Below are positions 26,504 through 33,153 of a stretch of 33,153 bases of DNA, one piece after another. The notes below the pieces were generated by a model that had not been told where the DNA came from, searched no databases, and saw only the letters and a list, made by a program, of their open reading frames with translations. The translations under genes were made by a program, and so were the position numbers. The DNA comes from a virus. Lineage: Duplodnaviria > Caudoviricetes. Each line of letters starts with the position of its first letter. Position 1 is the first letter of the stretch. Location: positions 1 through 33,153 of IMG/VR virus record IMGVR_UViG_3300042860_002877; one strand, 5' to 3'.

Positions 26504-26698
26504 TTACCTCTTTGTGCTTGTAGATAAATGATCTTTTGCCTCTTCAATACTTTGAGTAACCTGTTCTATTAGACTTGATAAACGCTCTTCGTCTTCACAG
26601 TCCATATCTCCATGTTCCAATTCAAGAACAAGACCTTCTAAATATTCTTCTGACCAACATATTAAATCAGTAATAATTTTCTTGGTTTTTTGATTCAT
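26504..26698 (-). CDS. Small acidic hypothetical protein
   Basis: GGAG RBS before MNQKTKK; directly downstream of a promoter. Confidence 0.7.
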   Translation of the reverse strand: MNQKTKKIITDLICWSEEYLEGLVLELEHGDMDCEDEERLSSLIEQVTQSIEEAKDHLSTSTKR

Positions 26699-26726
26699 TT
26701 CATTACTCCAATGTGTCATACATGGT

Positions 26727-26755
26727 AGTATACAACAGTTATCGGCAGTTGTCAA
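26727..26755 (-). promoter_or_regulatory. Sigma-70 promoter TTGACA-17-TATACT, GCCGAT in spacer
   Basis: Intergenic, just downstream of tRNA-Ser. Confidence 0.8.
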
Positions 26756-26767
26756 GTTTTTCTTTAG

Positions 26768-26853
26768 CGGAATCTGAGGGATTCGAACCCCCGGACCTAT
26801 AATTGGTCGCCGGTTTAGTAAACCGGTGCATTAAGCCGCTCTGCCAAGATTCC
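26768..26853 (-). tRNA. tRNA-Ser(ACU)
   Basis: GGAATCT/AGATTCC-G acceptor, CCGGT-TTACTAA-ACCGG, long variable arm GACC/GGTC, TTCGAAT. Confidence 0.9.
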
Positions 26854-26855
26854 AA

Positions 26856-26927
26856 CTGGCGAAATAGGATTCGAACCTATAACCTAGCGGTTAACAGCCG
26901 CTTGCACTACCGTTGTGCTATTCGCCA
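26856..26927 (-). tRNA. tRNA-Asn(GUU)
   Basis: TGGCGAA/TTCGCCA-G; AGCGG-CTGTTAA-CCGCT. Confidence 0.95.
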
Positions 26928-26930
26928 ATA

Positions 26931-27001
26931 ATGCCCGACTAGGATTCGAACCTAGACAGAAAGAACCAAAATCTTTCGTGCTACCGTTACACAATCGGGC
27001 A
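26931..27001 (-). tRNA. tRNA-Gln(UUG)
   Basis: TGCCCGA/TCGGGCA-T; AAAGA-TTTTGGT-TCTTT. Confidence 0.93.
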
Positions 27002-27005
27002 ACAA

Positions 27006-27527
27006 TTATTTTCTACATTCTCTACCATTTCCTTTATTCATATTCTTATATGTGTCAGTTAGCGAATGACAATTTGGACATAAAACTTTCAAGTTTTCTT
27101 CGGTATTATTCTTATAATTTCCATCTATATGATGGATTTCAAGTGGGCATTTATTTGTATTCTTATTTATTTTATTCCATCCACATTCTGAACACTTATA
27201 GTTATGTTTTTGTAGGAGATATCTTTTTATGTATCGTCTTACTGTGCCATTTGCTTCATAACCATTATCAAGTCCAGATTTCCAGTTAATTATCTTATTT
27301 CTAAAACCATAGTCTTGCTGGCATTTTATACTACAGTACTGTTTACCATTGCCAGTTATGTTGTTTTTGCAATTTTTACATAATCTATTGTGTTTTTTTC
27401 TTTTTGGATATAGCACATTATTCTTTTTAGCCGCACATGAACGAGAACAATAATGGTTTGGAGATTTTTTTATTTCAAATACGTGTTTTTCAAATTCTTT
27501 ATTGCAGAATAAACATTGAACTATCAT
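27006..27527 (-). CDS. HNH endonuclease with N-terminal zinc-binding repeats, inside the tRNA cluster
   Basis: AAGGAG RBS before MIVQCLFC; YCSRSC/YCSIKC repeats; LEIHHIDGN..NN...NLKVLCPNCHS. Confidence 0.9.
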   Translation of the reverse strand: MIVQCLFCNKEFEKHVFEIKKSPNHYCSRSCAAKKNNVLYPKRKKHNRLCKNCKNNITGNGKQYCSIKCQQDYGFRNKIINWKSGLDNGYEANGTVRRYIKRYLLQKHNYKCSECGWNKINKNTNKCPLEIHHIDGNYKNNTEENLKVLCPNCHSLTDTYKNMNKGNGRECRK

Positions 27528-27535
27528 AATTATTT

Positions 27536-27571
27536 CTCCTTGTGTGGATATGAATATATACACACATAGAG
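27536..27571 (-). promoter_or_regulatory. RBS-sequestering hairpin with GTGTATA in the 5' arm
   Basis: CTCT-A-TGTGTG-T-ATAT-[ATTC]-ATAT-C-CACACA-A-GGAG. Confidence 0.7.
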
Positions 27572-27602
27572 TATTTGTAACTGTTTTATTTTTCGAATCT
27601 AG

Positions 27603-27675
27603 AGCCGGTAGTAGGATTTGCACCCACGACATTCAAATTACAAATTTGACACTCTACTAACTGAGTTATACCGGC
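27603..27675 (-). tRNA. tRNA-Thr(UGU), T-loop TGCAAAT
   Basis: GCCGGTA/TACCGGC-T; TCAAA-TTTGTAA-TTTGA. Confidence 0.9.
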
Positions 27676-27693
27676 TTCTATCGCTATGCGTTG

Positions 27694-28764
27694 TCAACCT
27701 ACGCAGAATTGATCGCTAAGTTTAGCCGCCAAATCCTTTGCAGATGCTGACAAGAACTTATTGTTACTGAAAAATAGAGGTGTAGATACTTGATTAAGAA
27801 AATCTACAACACTATGCAATAACTTGAGTTGGTCATTATTTGGCACAAATTGAATATTAGGCGTTGGCATAATATCATTTGTATCATTCTGTTCCGCTGA
27901 CTCTATGTAATCTGGTATGTCGTCATTTTCACCAATAACAACTGGCATACTTACTTTATCCTGTTTTACGAGTTGGTTAAGTATCTGTTTTGCAGCATCT
28001 ACTGGAATTGGAACTGTACTATCCTTCGTAGAAACTTGCCTCCAAGACTCATACCAAGCGTCACTACTCTTTGCTGATTGAACATGAACCTGTGCAGATT
28101 GACCAGTAAGAGCCTCCTGTAGATTCACAATGCTAACCTTATCGCCATTATATCCATCAACAAGTGTGGAAAAATAAGACTTCTTACCTTCCCAAGGCTT
28201 ACGCCACCAAGTAAAAGGAACTCTAAAAATCTGATTTATCTTCATTGCACGTATATCCGCGTTAAAATAATTGGCTAACTTCTTCTGGATACCGTTCCAG
28301 TACTTAGTATTCTTAGTTAGTCCCATGTTATGATCATTGTCAGACAAAATCCAATAAACTTGATATCCATTTCTAGTATCAACAACCCAACTTGGTTTTA
28401 CCTTGAAGTTTTGTATCATGGTCATGTACTGCTTTTTAATCTGCAATACTTCCTTGGGCCTGAGATATTGACCATTTTGGTCGCGGCCAGCGTCCAAATC
28501 AATATAACAAGCACGAACTTGTGAAATAGTGTCTTTCTTTCTGCCACCATTGATATAAAAGTATGCGTCAGCATTTGACTCAACATTAGCGGTTAACACT
28601 TCATTAACGAATTCAGTATGATTCATTCCACTAAGTTTGACTCGCGGATTGTTGTTGTAACAAAATATATGTTTACCACTAAATGAACACAAAAACCGTG
28701 TTCGGTCAACATTAAAACTGTGAACATCTATATTGGTATCAAATGGATTAAAAGTTGTTATCAT
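27694..28764 (-). CDS. RepB-like DNA primase (AEP superfamily) domain protein
   Basis: YIDLD, VVDTRNGYQVYW, IFRVP motifs. Confidence 0.7.
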   Translation of the reverse strand: MITTFNPFDTNIDVHSFNVDRTRFLCSFSGKHIFCYNNNPRVKLSGMNHTEFVNEVLTANVESNADAYFYINGGRKKDTISQVRACYIDLDAGRDQNGQYLRPKEVLQIKKQYMTMIQNFKVKPSWVVDTRNGYQVYWILSDNDHNMGLTKNTKYWNGIQKKLANYFNADIRAMKINQIFRVPFTWWRKPWEGKKSYFSTLVDGYNGDKVSIVNLQEALTGQSAQVHVQSAKSSDAWYESWRQVSTKDSTVPIPVDAAKQILNQLVKQDKVSMPVVIGENDDIPDYIESAEQNDTNDIMPTPNIQFVPNNDQLKLLHSVVDFLNQVSTPLFFSNNKFLSASAKDLAAKLSDQFCVG

Positions 28765-28798
28765 TGATCATTTCCTTCATTAGAATTTATATATACAA

Positions 28799-28871
28799 TA
28801 GGAGCGGTGGGATTCGAACCCACACTGTGGGGATTTTAAGTCCCGTGTCTCTGCCGTTGGACTACGCTCCC
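28799..28871 (-). tRNA. tRNA-Leu(UAA) with short variable loop
   Basis: GGGAGCG/CGCTCCT-A; GGGA-CTTAAAA-TCCC; 5 nt variable region; TTCGAAT. Confidence 0.88.
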
Positions 28872-28882
28872 CCAACGCTGTC

Positions 28883-28910
28883 ATTCTACACCATCATCGT
28901 CTACTGTCAA
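28883..28910 (-). promoter_or_regulatory. Sigma-70 promoter TTGACA-16-TAGAAT (GACGAT in spacer) for tRNA-Leu and the primase
   Basis: -10 element ends 11 nt before the tRNA 5' end. Confidence 0.75.
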
Positions 28911-29244
28911 GCCACTTCTTGAAAGTTTCTGGATCGGTGTACAAAGGTATTACCGTTGTTTGATCTTCATATGGATTGTAACATGTAGAAAATGCGTATA
29001 GATCATTTTTCTCATTTATTCTACCATAACCAACGGGATTAGATAAAACTCTTTCAAGTTCAGATATTCTTGTTTTTAGTTCTTCGTTTTCCCTCCTAAA
29101 ATAATCCAATCCTCCTCTCAGACATTTCAATTCGTCTTTCGCATTAAAGATATCAAATTGTGATGGAAGATTATGTTCTTCACATAGGTGAATCATATAC
29201 TCAAGTGGTTTTTCTTGTTTTTCTAATTTAAGGTATTTATTCAT
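28894..29244 (-). CDS. Hypothetical coiled-coil protein
   Basis: 116 aa in a packed operon. Confidence 0.7.
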   Translation of the reverse strand: MNKYLKLEKQEKPLEYMIHLCEEHNLPSQFDIFNAKDELKCLRGGLDYFRRENEELKTRISELERVLSNPVGYGRINEKNDLYAFSTCYNPYEDQTTVIPLYTDPETFKKWLDSRR

Positions 29245-29491
29245 GATATTGTGTAGCCCAATTTGGCATATTGTTATCGTCGCCAGTTTTTAGATTAAAT
29301 GTTTCAACAAATGTGTCGTATGTATCTTCTATATGTAATTCTAGTAGTTTTTGAAGTCCATTTAATGCATTGACGATATCATCTCTAGTCATACCTCTTT
29401 CTATTACTCCACGGGATAGAGATTGAATTTGGTGCGTGAAATTGTAGAAGGCCATTATGTCCATCTCAAGATCCATTCTGTTTTTAGGCAT
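29237..29491 (-). CDS. Hypothetical protein
   Basis: 84 aa; GGAG RBS. Confidence 0.7.
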   Translation of the reverse strand: MPKNRMDLEMDIMAFYNFTHQIQSLSRGVIERGMTRDDIVNALNGLQKLLELHIEDTYDTFVETFNLKTGDDNNMPNWATQYHE

Positions 29492-29492
29492 T

Positions 29493-29696
29493 TTATTTGT
29501 CTCCAGTTGGTTTCATTTCTGTAAATCCTCTTTCAGTATTCAAAAAGAACTTATCAATAAATCCAGCACTTCTATTTAAGAATTCTATTCCGTGTCTACT
29601 TACATAAAATCCAATAGATGCACCACCTACAATAATACATCCAAAGTAGAATATTTCAAATGCTATTCTCAATGTTAATTTAGTTTGTTTGTTCAT
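29493..29696 (-). CDS. Small membrane protein
   Basis: One hydrophobic segment. Confidence 0.65.
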   Translation of the reverse strand: MNKQTKLTLRIAFEIFYFGCIIVGGASIGFYVSRHGIEFLNRSAGFIDKFFLNTERGFTEMKPTGDK

Positions 29697-29865
29697 TTTT
29701 ATATTCTAGTTTGGGTATAATTTCTGTATCGTCATACGCAATATTCTTAATAGATATTTCTATGATAGAATTTTCATTCACTTCAGATCTATTAATGAGT
29801 TTTTGTAATTCTTGTAATAGCTTATTTGGATCTATTTTTTTATCTAGTTTGAAATATATGTTCAT
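29680..29865 (-). CDS. Hypothetical protein
   Basis: 61 aa; ATGA coupling to the upstream gene. Confidence 0.6.
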   Translation of the reverse strand: MNIYFKLDKKIDPNKLLQELQKLINRSEVNENSIIEISIKNIAYDDTEIIPKLEYKNEQTN

Positions 29866-30185
29866 GTATATCTACGAGAATATTGGCCCTGTATATCACT
29901 CACAAAATCTGATTCACCAGTATCATCTGGTCCATAAATAAATTCCTTTGGAACTTCCTTATAAACTCCCCTTTGTTTGGCCTCGTCCCAATCTAAACAG
30001 CCGTATTTACTCCAATATAGATACTTGAATCCATTATAAGACTTTGTATCATACAACAGTTTTTCCATTACAAAGCACAATCTTTGTTTTGCAGATTGTG
30101 GTATCCTACTGGCAAGCAAATCATTAATTGCTGTTTTAGTGTAATCCAAAAAATCTATAGATACTTGTTTTCTTAGTTTAGCCAT
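29862..30185 (-). CDS. Hypothetical protein
   Basis: GGAG RBS before MAKLRKQ. Confidence 0.75.
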   Translation of the reverse strand: MAKLRKQVSIDFLDYTKTAINDLLASRIPQSAKQRLCFVMEKLLYDTKSYNGFKYLYWSKYGCLDWDEAKQRGVYKEVPKEFIYGPDDTGESDFVSDIQGQYSRRYT

Positions 30186-30219
30186 AATATATCTCCATTT
30201 TGTGCGAAGACACACTATT

Positions 30220-30247
30220 ATTATACCGTGCGTGGCGAGTTTGTCAA
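30220..30247 (-). promoter_or_regulatory. Sigma-70 promoter TTGACA-16-TATAAT
   Basis: Perfect hexamers, intergenic. Confidence 0.85.
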
Positions 30248-30318
30248 TCTACTTTTTATACAACACGCATTGCGAAAATTTAAAGATATTCAACTACCAA
30301 TAACTAAATACTTTTTGA

Positions 30319-31044
30319 CTATGTCCATAAATGACTCCTAATATTAATTAGTTCAATTAACTTATCAGTATCTTCTCTATCATAACTTCTTTCCATCTCA
30401 TCTATCAAACGATAGTAATGTTTCCCATCAGTTGTTTTTGTGATAATATCATAAGGATCATCTCGATTGGGCCTAGTTTTAGTCCACCACTCATACAATG
30501 CTCGTATCTTAATTGATGCTTCTGCTTGTGGAGTCAATTTATTATAATCTGGATCATTAGGATCGCATCCATAGTCTTCTTCATTAAATCTTAAATTACT
30601 TGCCCACTCAAAATAATCGTATGCTGCCTCAACAGATCGGCCATTTTTAAAAGTGTACTTTTTATTTCGATCCCATTTGCTTAGGTGAGACAGTTCTTTT
30701 TCTACAAATTCTACTAACTCATTAAATAAGCCGTGAAGAATTCGGGTATCAAGATCGTACCATTGTCCTTTTTTTAGATCTGTTTTTAGATTGTGTGTTT
30801 GTGTTATATATCTATTACGAACATAGCATTTTATGCTATAACAAAGATCAGATGGATAACAAACTAGATTTTGTAATTTGTGTAGTAATGTGTCGCTCAT
30901 CCAATATCTCCACGGTCTTTCTTTTTTTTGTTTGTTTCTCCAACTTTCCCAATCCTCTAAAGGTAGAGCAAATGGTTTCCTTTCTCCCCTAATCCAATCT
31001 GCAATTTTAGAGCAACTCCAGTATTTGATTCGGCTTCTTATCAT
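30319..31044 (-). CDS. Hypothetical Trp-rich phage protein
   Basis: 241 aa ORF with AAGGA RBS. Confidence 0.8.
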   Translation of the reverse strand: MIRSRIKYWSCSKIADWIRGERKPFALPLEDWESWRNKQKKERPWRYWMSDTLLHKLQNLVCYPSDLCYSIKCYVRNRYITQTHNLKTDLKKGQWYDLDTRILHGLFNELVEFVEKELSHLSKWDRNKKYTFKNGRSVEAAYDYFEWASNLRFNEEDYGCDPNDPDYNKLTPQAEASIKIRALYEWWTKTRPNRDDPYDIITKTTDGKHYYRLIDEMERSYDREDTDKLIELINIRSHLWT

Positions 31045-31048
31045 TATT

Positions 31049-31312
31049 TCATTCCTTCTCTGCTTCCATTATAATATCTATATTCCATCCTATTGGAGCA
31101 ACATATCCCGAACCAGTAACTCTAAGATTGCCGCTAGTATTAGGATAAACATTTGGTTTTTGATGTAAACTTGTGATACTTATAATTTGTTCATGACCGT
31201 CTGGTCTAGTAACTTTAATCTTATGATTATAAGTTTCACAACCAACCAAACATACTAATAAACAAATTATTGATAGTATTCTATTCTTGAATTTTATTAC
31301 TGATATATCCAT
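31049..31312 (-). CDS. Putative lipoprotein
   Basis: Basic N-terminus, hydrophobic stretch, LVGC lipobox. Confidence 0.6.
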   Translation of the reverse strand: MDISVIKFKNRILSIICLLVCLVGCETYNHKIKVTRPDGHEQIISITSLHQKPNVYPNTSGNLRVTGSGYVAPIGWNIDIIMEAEKE

Positions 31313-31547
31313 AAACTTCTTCCACAGTTTTATTTTGTTTGATCATATTATTCCACTCTTCACTACTAATACTTCTTGTATAATCAATAGATTTATTATA
31401 ACTAGAATTTATTGGATTATTGTATTTTCCCCATCCATTTTTATCATATAGTTCTTGCATTGACGCATCAAGATCATCACTCATTTCTTGATAAGTCTTG
31501 GGAAACATCCAATCAAATAAACTAGTAAAACCTTTTAAAAGACTCAT
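31281..31547 (-). CDS. Hypothetical protein
   Basis: 88 aa; GAGG RBS. Confidence 0.65.
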   Translation of the reverse strand: MSLLKGFTSLFDWMFPKTYQEMSDDLDASMQELYDKNGWGKYNNPINSSYNKSIDYTRSISSEEWNNMIKQNKTVEEVYGYISNKIQE

Positions 31548-31756
31548 GCTTGTTCCTCTTCTGGTCTTAATACTTTTAGTTCTATTGCTGATGTTAATAA
31601 TAAATGCTTATTATTGATGTTACAATCCTTTTTCCAATCTATAATTTTTTGTTCAACTCTGTAATAACTTTCAGCACTTAATTTATCAACAGTAGAGAAC
31701 ACTAGAACATCGTCTGGTTTTAAACTCATTACTGATATTTGTGGTAATTCATTCAT
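31544..31756 (-). CDS. Hypothetical protein
   Basis: 70 aa; ATGA coupling. Confidence 0.65.
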   Translation of the reverse strand: MNELPQISVMSLKPDDVLVFSTVDKLSAESYYRVEQKIIDWKKDCNINNKHLLLTSAIELKVLRPEEEQA

Positions 31757-31938
31757 TTTCCAACCTTTACTATTTCAAACCCAAACCCAAGTATTCGACA
31801 ATTAAAACCTTTTCCCCAATCGTATGTATAATAATACATTTCGGTAGTCAAGTCCAAACTAAATCCATAGCAATATAAGTCCTCATGAATATCTATTGCT
31901 ATAAAATTAAATGGATGAAACCATTCAATATGAGTCAT
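31753..31938 (-). CDS. Hypothetical protein
   Basis: 61 aa; GGAGG RBS. Confidence 0.6.
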   Translation of the reverse strand: MTHIEWFHPFNFIAIDIHEDLYCYGFSLDLTTEMYYYTYDWGKGFNCRILGFGFEIVKVGK

Positions 31939-31939
31939 C

Positions 31940-32239
31940 TTATACCTCCAGTATGTCAGATATACCTTCTAGCAAATTCGTTCGCACATTCTTGTTCATA
32001 TTAGATAACATAATGTGGTTCTTTACGAAGTCTTGGCCTTTATCTTTTGCAATCTTTCCTATAAAGTTTCGCCCCCAACCGTTTGTTATACTACGAACAT
32101 CTTTAAAGTCAACCTCAACATTGAAGCCGAGATCAATATCATCAAGAATATTTTGTTTTAATTCGGTAGCGAGTTTGGTACTACTTAAATCAGAACCATA
32201 TATATGTTTGATTTCGTAATATATTAGCGGCCCCTTCAT
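31940..32239 (-). CDS. STAS-like (DUF4325-type) protein
   Basis: G..LS....A...VEVDFKDVRSITNGW...FIGKI pattern. Confidence 0.65.
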   Translation of the reverse strand: MKGPLIYYEIKHIYGSDLSSTKLATELKQNILDDIDLGFNVEVDFKDVRSITNGWGRNFIGKIAKDKGQDFVKNHIMLSNMNKNVRTNLLEGISDILEV

Positions 32240-32661
32240 AGATTCTCCATATTTTTTTCTATAATATCGGCAATAGTAGAAAACTTTTTGCCAGTATCAT
32301 TTAAATCTGCTAAACACTTAGTATCCTTAAATGTTCCATAAGCATCTTTTTCAGTATAAGAAAAAGTACCCATGTCGTTTTTAATCCCAGCCCATTTTCT
32401 TACTATAGTTGGTAGTGAGCCATCTTTATTACCAAATTTAACATAGCCATGAACTAATGTTGGTTCATCATTACATTCTTTTACTGGTATGGTTCTTTTG
32501 TGGCTCTTTTTCATAGTATCATTATACAGTTCACAAAGAACACCTAAACAACAGTGTCTTGGTTGACCCTTACTGTTAAATTGTTTTAGAAAACTCTGTC
32601 CTTGTTTATATTTTCCGCTTCTAAGAGCCTTTACCCATATTTTTGCAACATTCTTTTTCAT
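32236..32661 (-). CDS. Hypothetical phage protein
   Basis: WVKALRSGKYKQG...CCLGVLCE...LND....F..IADIIE, a recurrent phage family pattern. Confidence 0.8.
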   Translation of the reverse strand: MKKNVAKIWVKALRSGKYKQGQSFLKQFNSKGQPRHCCLGVLCELYNDTMKKSHKRTIPVKECNDEPTLVHGYVKFGNKDGSLPTIVRKWAGIKNDMGTFSYTEKDAYGTFKDTKCLADLNDTGKKFSTIADIIEKNMENL

Positions 32662-32662
32662 A

Positions 32663-32839
32663 TTATTTATTCCTTTTAGGTAATTTTTGCGGTTTTACAG
32701 TAGGTTTGTTTTGTTCGTTTATTTCTGGAAGATTCAATTCATCAAACTGTGCTGATTTAATAGCATCTAGCATCTTATTCAGATTTTGTAGCCTCTCGAC
32801 CAACTCTTGACCAATATTAGTTTGTTTATCGGTACTCAT
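32663..32839 (-). CDS. Small hypothetical protein, 58 aa (not in ORF track)
   Basis: MSTDKQTNIGQELVERLQNLNKMLDAIK...; fills the gap between a promoter and the 32661 gene. Confidence 0.6.
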   Translation of the reverse strand: MSTDKQTNIGQELVERLQNLNKMLDAIKSAQFDELNLPEINEQNKPTVKPQKLPKRNK

Positions 32840-32848
32840 GGTAGGCTT

Positions 32849-32876
32849 AGTTTAACAGAAATTTGTTGTCTGTCAA
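32849..32876 (-). promoter_or_regulatory. Sigma-70 promoter TTGACA-16-TAAACT
   Basis: TGn extended -10; 9 nt from the ATG. Confidence 0.6.
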
Positions 32877-33153
32877 GACAACCCTAATTCTTGGTCTAAA
32901 TCACTCAATTTTTGTAATGCTTCTAATCTTTTCTTGCGTTTTTCTTCAAGATCAACTTCATCATTATGTAAATCTACAATATATTCCGCAGTTTCTTTAT
33001 CTATGCTACCATCTGGTATGATGTATTCAAATTCATCAACTCTTTCAGTATCGCCCACTTTATTTTTATATAGGATCTTTTCAGATGGAAGAATAATTCT
33101 ACACCAACAAGTTTCACCACTATTACATAGATCAAGTTTCCACGGCACAGTAA
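32873..33153 (-). CDS. Hypothetical protein, 5'-truncated by the window edge
   Basis: Open frame reaching the window end; PWK...CWC motif. Confidence 0.65.
   Translation of the reverse strand, partial: TVPWKLDLCNSGETCWCRIILPSEKILYKNKVGDTERVDEFEYIIPDGSIDKETAEYIVDLHNDEVDLEEKRKKRLEALQKLSDLDQELGLS

Noticed and set aside
26915-27632. ORF 26915..27289(+) and the N-terminal extension of the HNH to 27632
   Set aside because: Both overlap tRNA genes; a strong SD supports ATG 27527.
1-33153. Stop-codon reassignment
   Set aside because: Known genes are full length in the standard code, all three stops end genes cleanly, and no suppressor tRNA is present.

Overview
AT-rich segment (roughly 30% GC by eye) of a large tailed-phage genome. 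It is densely coded in the standard genetic code and almost entirely on the minus strand. From left to right it holds: virion fibre/decoration genes (Thr-rich mucin-like linker, Mtd-N/hyaluronidase-N domains, RCC1 propeller); a possible lysis block (C1-like cysteine peptidase, 2-TM holin-like protein, TM+PAS protein); a sigma-70-like factor; glycan-modifying enzymes (GT4, DUF5672, GT2-GT25 fusion, sulfotransferases, methyltransferase); nucleotide-pool genes (dCMP deaminase, thyX, guaC, NDT-like, second deaminase); ssb; rIIA/rIIB; a tmRNA; six intact tRNAs; three HNH endonucleases; a RepB-like primase; and small early genes. A Tat-signal DUF1501 gene points to a Planctomycetota host (inference). 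Most striking observations: (1) a tRNA-Arg(UCU) gene split at the anticodon arm by a ~550 bp cassette carrying an HNH endonuclease plus a different intact tRNA-Arg(UCU); (2) both tRNA-linked HNH genes sit behind RBS-sequestering hairpins containing a GTGTAT motif and follow tRNAs with altered T-loops; (3) a tRNA-Ser with the rare anticodon ACU; (4) Thr-run and Ser-Gly-rich virion proteins beside glycosyl- and sulfotransferases, suggesting a sulfated-glycan virion coat; (5) a PAS-domain membrane protein in a lysis-like context. Protein family calls come from motif recognition by eye, not from database searches.
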